DNA of 64,000 bases from Spirochaetota bacterium (GTDB taxonomy: Bacteria; Spirochaetota; UBA4802; UBA5550). Shown here in pieces: positions 40,436 through 48,855 of the stretch. The notes under the pieces are model-generated. The model made no database searches, was not told where the DNA came from, and was given only the letters and a program-made list of their open reading frames with translations. The position numbers and the translations under genes are program-made. Positions within the stretch are counted from its first letter, which is position 1. Every line of letters starts with the position of its first letter. Location of the stretch: the NCBI GenBank assembly GCA_050298055.1, contig JBNKTL010000027.1, forward strand, positions 1,487 to 65,486, read 5' to 3'.

Positions 40436-41347
40436 ATGACCATGTCTTCCATTGAAACACAGTTTCTCAATCTTAAGACCCATAACTCCCGGTACCCGGA
40501 GATCGATCCCGGTACAACATTAAAGGGATGTGCCTCGGGGAAAACGGTATTTCTGTCAGGGGCGTCCCGGGGGATAGGAAAGGCCACGGCAGTAGCCTTT
40601 GCCCGGGCGGGAGCAGAGGCCGTCTATATCACCGCACGGTCGGATAAGGCCCTTGAAGAAACAAAGAGCGAAATAACTGAAGTCAACCCGGAGACTCAAT
40701 GCGCGTATATGGTCTGCGATATGACCGACGGGGAGCAGGTTAAATCGGCCATTGACGATTGCGTGGCCAGGTTCGGGGGGATCGATGTTGCCGACGCCAA
40801 TGCCGGTTATCTTGATAAATGGGGGAAGATCGGTGAATCTGATATCTCCAGCTGGTGGAGGTCATGGGAAGTCAACCTGAAGGCCGTGTACTATGTTGCC
40901 CGGTATGCGATCCCCCATCTCATCCGATCCGCGGCTAAACACTCTGCCAGGGGATCCACCGGGGGGCACCTGATCCTCATCTCCTCTGTGGGTGCCCAGC
41001 TTTTGACCCCGGGGGCATCGGACTACCAGACCTCAAAGCACGCCGTGAACCGTCTGTGCGAATTCATCAATCTTGACCATGGGGAGGAGGGAGTTAAATG
41101 CTTTGCCATCCATCCGGGAGGAGTGGCTACTACCCTGGCAAAAAATATGCCCGGGGAGATGCATCCCTTTCTCACCGACGAACCGGAACTTGCAGCGGGA
41201 TTTATCGTCTGGCTCTCTTCGGGAAAAGCCGACTGGGCCGGGGGGCGGTACCTGAGCGCCAACTGGGACGTTAACGAGTTATTGCGGATGAAAGACCGGA
41301 TTATCGGGGATGACCTCCTGGTTAATCGTCTGCGTACAAAGGCTTGA
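40436..41347 (+). CDS. Short-chain dehydrogenase/reductase
   Basis: SGASRGIG, ANAG, ISS, YQTSK, IHPGGVAT. Confidence 0.93.
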   Translation: MTMSSIETQFLNLKTHNSRYPEIDPGTTLKGCASGKTVFLSGASRGIGKATAVAFARAGAEAVYITARSDKALEETKSEITEVNPETQCAYMVCDMTDGEQVKSAIDDCVARFGGIDVADANAGYLDKWGKIGESDISSWWRSWEVNLKAVYYVARYAIPHLIRSAAKHSARGSTGGHLILISSVGAQLLTPGASDYQTSKHAVNRLCEFINLDHGEEGVKCFAIHPGGVATTLAKNMPGEMHPFLTDEPELAAGFIVWLSSGKADWAGGRYLSANWDVNELLRMKDRIIGDDLLVNRLRTKA

Positions 41348-41384
41348 TTAATCGGAAAGTTTTATCAATGTGGAGGAGGATATC

Positions 41385-42446
41385 ATGAAACATGAAGATG
41401 AAAATTCCGTAAAGATGGACCCGGGAGTCAAGCGCCGGGAGTTCCTGGGGATCCTGGCGGGCTGCACTGCCGGTCTTATGGCCCCCGGTCTCTTCACCGG
41501 TGATGACAAGCTTGCAGCGGCAACCGGGACCCGTTCCGACCGGCTGGGGAAGCTTCTCCCCCTGCGAAATATGGGTTCTTCCGGACCGGTGGTGACCTGC
41601 CTGGGGATGGGGGGAGACCATGTGGGGAGCGCCACGGAAAAGGCGGCGCAGGCCATTATCGAAAAAGGACTGGAGGAGGGGATACGATTCTTCGACAACG
41701 CTCCCCTCTACAGCAGCGGAAGAGCGGAAAAACGCTACGGGAAATTCCTCACCCCCCGGTACCGGGACCTTGCCTTCATCATGACCAAAACCCTGGCCCG
41801 AAACAGGAAGGATGCCCTGAAGGATCTGGACGACTCCCTCTCCCGGATGAAGACCGATTACGCGGACCTCTGGCAGATCCATGCCCTGGAAAGCCCGGAG
41901 GATGTGGAAGAGCGGATCAAAAACGGTGTGCTTGATGCCTTCCTGGAGGCCCGGGAGAAGGGGAGGGTGAGGCATATCGGATTCACCGGCCATGGGTCAT
42001 ACAAAGCTCACCTCAGAATGCTGGAGGAGCTCAGGAAACGGGGCCTGAAGATGAACTCATCCCAGATGCCGGTGAACCCCGCCGATCCCCATTACAAGAG
42101 CTTTGTCACCCATGTAGTTCCAAAATGTGTTGAAGCGGGGATAGGGGTCCTGGCCATGAAGACCCTGGCCTACGGGCGTTTCTTCGGTGGGAACAGGGGG
42201 TGGCGCCGGACAAATGTCTCCGTTAAACCGGTGATACCGGGAGTTCTTTCTCTGGAGGATGTGTTCGGCTTCGTCTGGTCCCTTCCCGTCACCACACTGA
42301 TCAGCGGTATGACAAGCGTGGAACAGGTTTCCCATAATGCCGTCCTGGCACGGAAAACATGGAACTGGGACAGTGCGGAACGCAAGAAACGGATCGATGC
42401 GGTAGCACCCTTTGCCGGTCCGGATCTGGAGTTTTATAAGAACTGA
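41385..42446 (+). CDS. Aldo/keto reductase with twin-arginine (Tat-like) leader
   Basis: KRREFLG; GIRFFDNAPLY, FIMTK, DLWQIH, RHIGFTGH, LAMKTL. Confidence 0.9.
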   Translation: MKHEDENSVKMDPGVKRREFLGILAGCTAGLMAPGLFTGDDKLAAATGTRSDRLGKLLPLRNMGSSGPVVTCLGMGGDHVGSATEKAAQAIIEKGLEEGIRFFDNAPLYSSGRAEKRYGKFLTPRYRDLAFIMTKTLARNRKDALKDLDDSLSRMKTDYADLWQIHALESPEDVEERIKNGVLDAFLEAREKGRVRHIGFTGHGSYKAHLRMLEELRKRGLKMNSSQMPVNPADPHYKSFVTHVVPKCVEAGIGVLAMKTLAYGRFFGGNRGWRRTNVSVKPVIPGVLSLEDVFGFVWSLPVTTLISGMTSVEQVSHNAVLARKTWNWDSAERKKRIDAVAPFAGPDLEFYKN

Positions 42447-42448
42447 TA

Positions 42449-42865
42449 ATGAGTACCCACTATTTCTGGGATATAGAAAATGTTTCTTTTCATAATCTTA
42501 AAATCCTCATGGATCGTGTAAATGGTGAAAAGGATAATGTCGTGTGCCATGTGGTCTTCGCAAAGATCAAGGATACACGAAGGGAAGCCCTCACAGCCCG
42601 GGGGTGGAAGCTTGTTGAGACCGAAGGCATTGCCCGCAATTCCGCGGACAAAAAGATCAAAGATATGATCCGAAACCTCCTGGATGATCCCGGCAGTGAT
42701 GCTGAAAAAGTTGTCATCATATCAGAGGACAAAGGGTTTCGAAAGACCGGCATGAGTATCATTGAGAAGGGACTGGACCTGGAAATAATCTGTGCAACCA
42801 AGGACCCTGGCTGGGTCCGGGAGTTAATGAAATATAAAGAAACATTTAAAGGGAAAAGGGGATAG
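42449..42865 (+). CDS. NYN-domain (PIN-like) protein
   Basis: FWDIENV, NSADKKI, VVIISEDKGF acidic motifs. Confidence 0.8.
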   Translation: MSTHYFWDIENVSFHNLKILMDRVNGEKDNVVCHVVFAKIKDTRREALTARGWKLVETEGIARNSADKKIKDMIRNLLDDPGSDAEKVVIISEDKGFRKTGMSIIEKGLDLEIICATKDPGWVRELMKYKETFKGKRG

Positions 42866-42866
42866 T

Positions 42867-43331
42867 ATGCGGATATTTATGGACGCGGACGCCATCCCCC
42901 GGAGGGTAAGGGAGATCCTTTTCAGGGCCTCGGAACGTACCGGTATAGAGCTTCTCCTTGTGGCCAACAGTGAATTGACATATCCCCGGTCAAAGCTGAT
43001 ATCCGGCATTGTTGTTCCGGCGGGACCTGATGAGGCTGACGATAAAATCGTCGAACTCCTGAGGAAAGGGGACCTGGTAATCAGCGCTGATATTCCCCTT
43101 GCGGACAGGGTGGTGGCAAAGGGAGGATATTGCATTGACCCCAGGGGGAAATTATTTACCGTTGACAATATAAAGGAACTGCTGGCCATCCGTGACCTGA
43201 TGAGTGATCTCCGGGAGAGGGGCAGTGAGACACCGGGAACTTCCGCCTACAGCCCCCGAGACTGTCAGAATTTCGCCAACCAGCTGGACCGGTTCCTGGC
43301 AAAAAATCATAAGAAAAACAGGGAGAGTTGA
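42867..43331 (+). CDS. yaiI: YaiI/YqxD family protein (DUF188, PIN-like fold)
   Basis: MRIFMDADAIP, LVAN, GPDEADDKI, GDLVISADIPLA, IDPRG, FANQLDR. Confidence 0.9.
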   Translation: MRIFMDADAIPRRVREILFRASERTGIELLLVANSELTYPRSKLISGIVVPAGPDEADDKIVELLRKGDLVISADIPLADRVVAKGGYCIDPRGKLFTVDNIKELLAIRDLMSDLRERGSETPGTSAYSPRDCQNFANQLDRFLAKNHKKNRES

Positions 43332-43332
43332 C

Positions 43333-43524
43333 ATGGACGCTACAAAGAGAGAAAATATCAAACCGGGGATAAAGGTAGCCGTGGTGCAGAAACAGGACCA
43401 GAAAAGCGGGAAGCTTACTGAGGGAGTGGTTAAAAGTATCCTTACAAACTCACCGGCGCATCCCCATGGTATCAAGGTACGGCTTGAAAGCGGTATTGTG
43501 GGGAGGGTGAAGGATATTTATTGA
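43333..43524 (+). CDS. ywbE: YwbE family protein
   Basis: KQDQKSGKLTEGVVKSILTNSPAHPHGIKVRLESGIVGRV. Confidence 0.9.
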   Translation: MDATKRENIKPGIKVAVVQKQDQKSGKLTEGVVKSILTNSPAHPHGIKVRLESGIVGRVKDIY

Positions 43525-43581
43525 TGGGGAGATCCTCAACAATTCAAAGCTTAAATCAACAAATCCTCAGTACTCACTCGC

Positions 43582-43851
43582 TTAAACCACTACCGCCAGG
43601 GACTTCTCCGCCAGTTCCCCGTTCAAAAACCTTCCCTCCACCGCTACCTTCTCCGCGTCCTCTCTCCCCGGAAGGTAAAAGATGTCGGAGAGGTAACGGT
43701 CGTACTTATCTGAACTGTGGGTCCTGATCACCGGCAATTTTCTGTCATCTTCGTTATTCACCGATATACTTCTTTTTACAGATTCAAGTTTATCTTTCCG
43801 CACAAAACACCTCAACCCTGTTTCTTTGTTGTCTGGTTTTAACGGTATCAA
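43582..43851 (-). pseudogene. Probable C-terminal fragment of a thermonuclease (SNase)-like gene
   Basis: IRTHSSDKYDRYLSDIFY...FLNGEL...LA resembles the SNase DKYGR.LA....N..L...GLA motif; N-terminal part absent. Confidence 0.5.
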
Positions 43852-43913
43852 AAATTATTAATGAAAAAGGGACTGTAACTAAAATACTTTTTATAAATAA
43901 AAATTAAAATGAG

Positions 43914-43942
43914 TTGACTCTGTACCTATATATAGTTACATT
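43914..43942 (+). promoter_or_regulatory. Promoter with overlapping operator palindrome of the decayed TA operon
   Basis: TTGACT-17 nt-TACATT overlapping TGTACCTATATATAGTTACA (one mismatch from a perfect palindrome). Confidence 0.6.
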
Positions 43943-43947
43943 AACAA

Positions 43948-44160
43948 ATGAATAAATATAATTGTACAGCTTATGAAGGTATATCATTCAACAATTGAAT
44001 GGTATCGATCTTATCATTCTTCGTGAAAGGTAAAAAAATTATCATAACAAATGCATTTAGAAAGAAATCACAGAAATTACCACAAAAAGAAAAGGAAAAA
44101 GCTATTAATTATCGAAAAAATTATTTAAAAAGAATTGATGAGGGACGTTATTATGAATAA
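43948..44160 (+). pseudogene. RelE/ParE (Gp49-like) toxin pseudogene
   Basis: MNKYNCTAYEGISF, then out-of-frame TIEWY, an apparent internal deletion, then FFVKGKKIIITNAFRKKSQKLPQKEKEKAINYRKNYLKRIDEGRYYE*. Confidence 0.75.
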
Positions 44161-44236
44161 GAAAAAAAAAGAATTATCTACCTTTGAAAAATATATAAAG
44201 GATCCAAAAAGGAAAGAAAAATTTTATAAAGAATAT
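44153..44236 (+). pseudogene. Antitoxin 5' fragment truncated by IS4
   Basis: MNKKKKELSTFEKYIKDPKRKEKFYKEY overlaps the toxin stop and runs into the IS end. Confidence 0.65.
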
Positions 44237-45529
44237 CACTGCTGTCCCATAGATTTAAAATTCCAAACATAGCTGTTGACACCCCGATTTTACAGGAGGA
44301 GGTAATTTCTTCATCAACAACTGTGAAATATCTATATTTGACAACAAGTTCTCACTTAATATTCTGAATGTCTTCAAAATTGTAAAAGATGTCTTTGAAA
44401 TAAATCGAATAAATTCTGTAAGAAGATATGCAATCATTGCAGTCCAGATCTGTATCTTAACAGCATTTTCAGAAGTGCCAATGAATGTTTTAATTTTCAA
44501 GTTCTGTTTTATCCACTTGAAAAATAATTCGATGTCCCACCTGGCTTTATAAATATCAGCAATTGTTTTTGCAGAAAGAGAAAAATTATTTGTCATGAAC
44601 TCATAAGTCTTTTTACTCTCTTCATCATAATAGCGAACAACTCTTAGTTTTTCCGGATAATCTTTCGATTTATAACTTTTAAATTTTACAATCCAGTCTG
44701 CTCTAATCTGGTCATGGTTCTTTTTCTTTCTCTCGATAATCCGGTATTGAGTATTACTTTTTGTACGTGTAACGAAAAATGCCTTGTTTTTATCGATTTT
44801 TTCAAGGAATTTGAAGCAGATATAGCCCTTATCAAAGGTATATATTGAATTTTCTGTTATGGGAAAGGAATCAACCATTTTAATATCATGTTTAACTGCA
44901 TTACTCAGATCTACTACTTCAGGTAATTGATCTTTGTTATTGTAAAGAAGGTGAAGCTTTATTCCTCCCTTTTTCTTTCTGAATTGAGCCCAGTCAAAAA
45001 GAGATAAACATAAACTTATTGTGGTTGTATCTAATGTTTTCAAAGGCATTTTGAATTTAAACCTCTTATCATGGACAATCCCTCTCTCCTTCTGGAGATT
45101 ATTCAGTAAATGGTAAAACGTTTTTTCAAATATTTCATGTGATCTATTCTTTAGTGAATAAGATAAATTATTTCTTGAAAGAGATTTTATACCCAGGTGA
45201 TACCAGAGATTCATTTTACTTTCCAGAGAATCAATAATGTCTCTTAGGCTTCTCTTTCCCGACATGTGGACATAGAGCATGACGCTCAGTAGATTTTGGG
45301 TACTGAATACTCTAATTCCCTTGTCACCATTATGCTCAGAAACGACATTATTAAAATCATATCCAGAAATAAATGATTGCATTTGTTTTAGTACTGTCTT
45401 ACCTTTGAACATGCTGTTAATCTCCATAACTGCTGAATTATTCAGGACTTAAGCAACCCTATAATAATTTACAGTTTAGAGATTAATAGCATTTTTTTCT
45501 TTTACTCCCAATTTCATGGGACAGCAGTG
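44237..45529 (-). mobile_element. IS4-family insertion sequence
   Basis: Terminal inverted repeats CACTGCTGTCCCAT (44237) / ATGGGACAGCAGTG (ending 45529). No target duplication visible. Confidence 0.92.
44255..45427 (-). CDS. IS4-family DDE transposase (DUF4372 + DDE_Tnp_1 type)
   Basis: SLRDI, LDTTTI, GGIKLH, FDKGY, FVTR, IY..RWDIELFFKWIKQNL (Y-R-E-K), ENAVKIQIW. Confidence 0.95.
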   Translation of the reverse strand: MEINSMFKGKTVLKQMQSFISGYDFNNVVSEHNGDKGIRVFSTQNLLSVMLYVHMSGKRSLRDIIDSLESKMNLWYHLGIKSLSRNNLSYSLKNRSHEIFEKTFYHLLNNLQKERGIVHDKRFKFKMPLKTLDTTTISLCLSLFDWAQFRKKKGGIKLHLLYNNKDQLPEVVDLSNAVKHDIKMVDSFPITENSIYTFDKGYICFKFLEKIDKNKAFFVTRTKSNTQYRIIERKKKNHDQIRADWIVKFKSYKSKDYPEKLRVVRYYDEESKKTYEFMTNNFSLSAKTIADIYKARWDIELFFKWIKQNLKIKTFIGTSENAVKIQIWTAMIAYLLTEFIRFISKTSFTILKTFRILSENLLSNIDISQLLMKKLPPPVKSGCQQLCLEF

Positions 45530-45587
45530 ATTTAGTAAATAAGTTTATTATTACCTGCTATAAATGAATTAAGATTTTATTTAATGT

Positions 45588-45625
45588 AAAAAAAAGGGAT
45601 GCTCTCATAAGAGTATCCCTTTTTT
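45588..45625. terminator. Intrinsic terminator downstream of vapC (bidirectional form)
   Basis: A-run-GGGATGCTCT-CATA-AGAGTATCCC-T-run. Confidence 0.75.
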
Positions 45626-45643
45626 CGTATAGATGCCCCGATT

Positions 45644-46045
45644 TTATTTTTTCATAAAGTCCCACATCCTTAAACCGGGAATTTTAGTAAAATGTTCGTC
45701 ATAAGTAATTAATACAGAACCCGTTTCAACTGAATGAGATGCAATCCAGATATCATTAATCGGTAGAGGATTACCCGATTTCTTAAGTGAAAATTTAATT
45801 TCTGCGAAAATTTCAGAAGTTTCGATAGTAGCATCTAATATTTGTACGGTAGGTTTTTTGAGAAATTTTTGAAGCATTTCATTATTTGATATTTCCTGAG
45901 AACCTCCCTTAAAACCTGTTAATAATTCAGCTAATACAATTATTGACATATAGACAATATTTGCATTTGAAAGAGCATTTAATACCTTTTCATCTCCCAG
46001 TAAATAACTACTATACGCATTTGTATCAATAAGAATTTTTTTCAT
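45644..46045 (-). CDS. vapC: VapC PIN-domain toxin
   Basis: ILIDTNAY, IVLAEL..G, G.PLPINDIWIA, LITYDEHF..IPGL. Confidence 0.93.
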   Translation of the reverse strand: MKKILIDTNAYSSYLLGDEKVLNALSNANIVYMSIIVLAELLTGFKGGSQEISNNEMLQKFLKKPTVQILDATIETSEIFAEIKFSLKKSGNPLPINDIWIASHSVETGSVLITYDEHFTKIPGLRMWDFMKK

Positions 46046-46299
46046 TTCCAATCATTTATATTTACTTCTCTCAGATCTTTAATTTTTTTATTAAATTCAT
46101 TTAAATCTTTTTTTGACCAAATTCCAAAAAGATCCATAAAATCATTTTTATGATCATTTTCATTATTTTTATCAAGACCCAACGACTTTTTAAGTAATAA
46201 CTTAATAGTCTTATTTAAACTCATTCCCTGTTTTTTTGCTTTTTCTCGAATTAAAGAATCAAGTTTATCATCTAAATTATGAATAGTTATCGATTTCAT
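46042..46299 (-). CDS. vapB: VapB/FitA-like ribbon-helix-helix antitoxin
   Basis: MKSITIHNLDDKL...IREKA...GMSLN; ATGA overlap with vapC. Confidence 0.85.
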   Translation of the reverse strand: MKSITIHNLDDKLDSLIREKAKKQGMSLNKTIKLLLKKSLGLDKNNENDHKNDFMDLFGIWSKKDLNEFNKKIKDLREVNINDWK

Positions 46300-46317
46300 T
46301 ACATTTTACTCCATAAA

Positions 46318-46374
46318 TGAACCATTTTTATTCATTAATGGTTCAAATATAATGTTTTTATATTAATTCGTCAA
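46318..46374 (-). promoter_or_regulatory. vapBC promoter and operator inverted repeat
   Basis: Minus strand TTGACG-17 nt-TATATT; inverted repeat TGAACCATT..AATGGTTCA at 46318-46345. Confidence 0.6.
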
Positions 46375-46440
46375 TAAAAATAATATGATATGCGGCTCTT
46401 CTCTTCAACCCGGAACTATCTTTTCCCAAAAACCCGAAAC

Positions 46441-47547
46441 TTACCTCTCCCCCACCCCCAGCCTTTTCTCCAGCCGCCGGCTGGCGTATGACAGGGCGTA
46501 GCAGAAGAGAAAAAAGCAGAGGGCCACGAAGCTGTACGACTCCATGTGGTGCCCGATGAACTCCCTCTGGCTGGTTATGGATTTGGCGATCCCCAGGACA
46601 TCAAAGAGCCCCACAATGGCAACAAGGGTGGTGTCCTTGAAGAGGGCGATGAACTGGCCCACGATGGGAGGAATAACCGCCCGCAGGGCCTGGGGGAGGA
46701 TGATCAGCACCGTCACGTAAAAATTATTGAGGCCCAGGGCCCGGGCGGCTTCATACTGGCCCGCGGGGATTGTCGCCAGGCCTCCCCGGATGTTTTCCGC
46801 AGTATAGGCGGCGCTGAAGAGGGTCATGCCGATAAGGGCCCGGGTGACCGTCTCGATCCTCACCTCCCCGGGGAGGAAAAGGGGGAGGATCACCTGGCTC
46901 ATGAAAAGAACGGTAATCAGGGGGACCCCCCGTATTGTTTCGATATATGCCGTGGAGGCGGTCCTGATGGTCACCAGGCTGCTTCGCCGTCCCAGGGCAA
47001 GAAGGACGGCCAGGGGAAATGAAGCGGCTATCCCCACAACCGAGAGGATCACCGTGAGCATGAGCCCGCTCCAGAGTTCGGGATTCACGAAGGGAAGAAT
47101 TGCGTTCTCCGGAGAGAACCCCCTGAGGAGGATGTTCAGAAGGGGCAGGGAGAATATCCACCCTGCAAGGATACTCCTTCGCACCTTTCGCCTCTCATCC
47201 CTCCTGGTGATATATGTCACGGCGGCCAGGACCGCGATGAGAACCACTCCCGCCACGATCCGCCAGACCTGGTCCCGGGGATAGCGGCCGATGAGAAGAT
47301 TGGCAATGTTCTCCGTGACCACCGACCACCGGGCATGGAAGAAGACCCAGCCCAGAAGACCGGAAAGGACCGTGTAGAGGAACCAGGCGGAAACAAAAGT
47401 GAGGAGGATATTGTACCATGTACCGAAGAGGTTCTTCCGCATCCAGCCCAACAGGCCGGTTTCAAGGACCGGGGGCTTCAGCTCGCGAAACTTTTCCTCT
47501 TCCGGTCCCTGCTTTCTCCTGCTTCTCTTTTCACTCCCGCCGCTCAT
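46441..47547 (-). CDS. aapM: Amino-acid ABC transporter permease (AapM/BztC-like)
   Basis: W.RKNLF.TWYN, LALGRRS, IETIRGVPLITVLFM, AY.AE.IRGGL..IP.GQYEAA.ALGL. Confidence 0.88.
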   Translation of the reverse strand: MSGGSEKRSRRKQGPEEEKFRELKPPVLETGLLGWMRKNLFGTWYNILLTFVSAWFLYTVLSGLLGWVFFHARWSVVTENIANLLIGRYPRDQVWRIVAGVVLIAVLAAVTYITRRDERRKVRRSILAGWIFSLPLLNILLRGFSPENAILPFVNPELWSGLMLTVILSVVGIAASFPLAVLLALGRRSSLVTIRTASTAYIETIRGVPLITVLFMSQVILPLFLPGEVRIETVTRALIGMTLFSAAYTAENIRGGLATIPAGQYEAARALGLNNFYVTVLIILPQALRAVIPPIVGQFIALFKDTTLVAIVGLFDVLGIAKSITSQREFIGHHMESYSFVALCFFLFCYALSYASRRLEKRLGVGER

Positions 47548-47549
47548 TT

Positions 47550-48752
47550 CTATCTCTCTACGATCTGCATTCTTTTATTGATAATGTTCATAACCAGTGA
47601 TATGAGAAGGCTCATTACCAGGTAGCTTCCCATGATGAGAAGAAAGACCTCAACGGTCCGTCCCGACTGGTTGAGCATGGTCTGGGAAACGGCGTAGAGG
47701 TCCGCGAAGCCGATGGCTATGGCAAGGCTGGAGTTCTTCACCAGGTTAAGGTACTGGTTGATGAGAGGGGGGATAATGACCCGCAGCGCCTGGGGAATCA
47801 CGATAAGTCTCAGGACCTGCGCCCCGGTAAAACCCTGCGCCCGGGCAGCCTCAGTCTGCCCCCGGGGCACTGCCAGGATCCCTCCCCGGACCACCTCGGC
47901 AATATAGGCGCCGCTGTAAACAACAAGCCCCGCAAGGAGCGCCATGTACATGGTCGTAAAGGTGAATCCCCCTTCCACCCGGAAGATCCCCGTTGCTGTT
48001 TTCGTCAATACCGGCAGGTCCGTCTTCAGGGGACTTTCCGGGAAGAAGAACCAGGCCGCGGCGGGTATGGCGGCAGCTGCCGCAAGGGACCAGAGGATGT
48101 TAAAGAGCGGCCTTCCGGTCTCACGGACGCTTTTTCTCCTCTTCTGATGCATCAGGGCAAAGATCATCAGGGCGGGGATAAAAAAGATCATCCAGGCCCC
48201 GAAGGTGTTCGTGGCACTCAACCAGGGACCCGCTATCCCCCTGTTGCTCATGTAGAGGGGACCGGGAAGGAGAAGTGGGTCCTCAATACCGGGAAGCTTT
48301 GCCATAACGGCAAAGTACCAGATAAAGAGCTGCACCAGGAGAGGGGTGTTCCTGATGACCTCGATGCAGGTACCGGCAATTTTTGAGAGAAGCCAGTTGC
48401 CCGAAAGCCGCGCGATCCCCCCCAGGAAACCGAGAAATGTCGCCAGGACTATCCCTACAGCGGAGACCCGCAGTGTATTCACGGCCCCCGTGAAAAAGGC
48501 CCGTCCGTATGAATCCGATGGACTGAAGGATATACCCTCGGAAATATCAAAGTTTGCCGCATCATCCAGAAAGCCGAAACTGAACCTGAGGCCCAGCCTT
48601 TGGTAGTTGGCATTGACATTGGAGACGATCCAGAATATGAAGAGCCCCAGAACCGCGGAGAACAGAAGCTGGGAGAGCATCCTTAGCGTCTTTTCATCAC
48701 GCCAGAAGGGGATGCGGTGATGGTCTTTATTGTCGGTTTTTTCCTGATGCAT
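47550..48752 (-). CDS. aapQ: Amino-acid ABC transporter permease (AapQ/BztB-like)
   Basis: FGFL...ANFDISE, ARLSGNWL, IRNTPLLVQL, AEVVRGGI.AV.RGQTEAA, YLNLVKNSSLA. Confidence 0.88.
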   Translation of the reverse strand: MHQEKTDNKDHHRIPFWRDEKTLRMLSQLLFSAVLGLFIFWIVSNVNANYQRLGLRFSFGFLDDAANFDISEGISFSPSDSYGRAFFTGAVNTLRVSAVGIVLATFLGFLGGIARLSGNWLLSKIAGTCIEVIRNTPLLVQLFIWYFAVMAKLPGIEDPLLLPGPLYMSNRGIAGPWLSATNTFGAWMIFFIPALMIFALMHQKRRKSVRETGRPLFNILWSLAAAAAIPAAAWFFFPESPLKTDLPVLTKTATGIFRVEGGFTFTTMYMALLAGLVVYSGAYIAEVVRGGILAVPRGQTEAARAQGFTGAQVLRLIVIPQALRVIIPPLINQYLNLVKNSSLAIAIGFADLYAVSQTMLNQSGRTVEVFLLIMGSYLVMSLLISLVMNIINKRMQIVER

Positions 48753-48774
48753 TTAATGTTATATAAAATTTGAT

Positions 48775-48836
48775 GGCGGGGACACGTATTTGAAGGCGGG
48801 GTCACGTGACCCCGCCTTCAAATACGTGACCCCGCC
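48775..48836. repeat. 62-bp loopless palindrome (one mismatch)
   Basis: GGCGGGGACACGTATTTGAAGGCGGGGTCAC | GTGACCCCGCCTTCAAATACGTGACCCCGCC. Confidence 0.92.
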
Positions 48837-48855
48837 CGCCATTACAATTAATTCC

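Noticed and set aside
44237-45529. This IS4 as the mobiliser of the MITE family
   Set aside because: Its ends (CACTGCTGTCCCAT) do not resemble the MITE ends (GTAACTACTCAGC).
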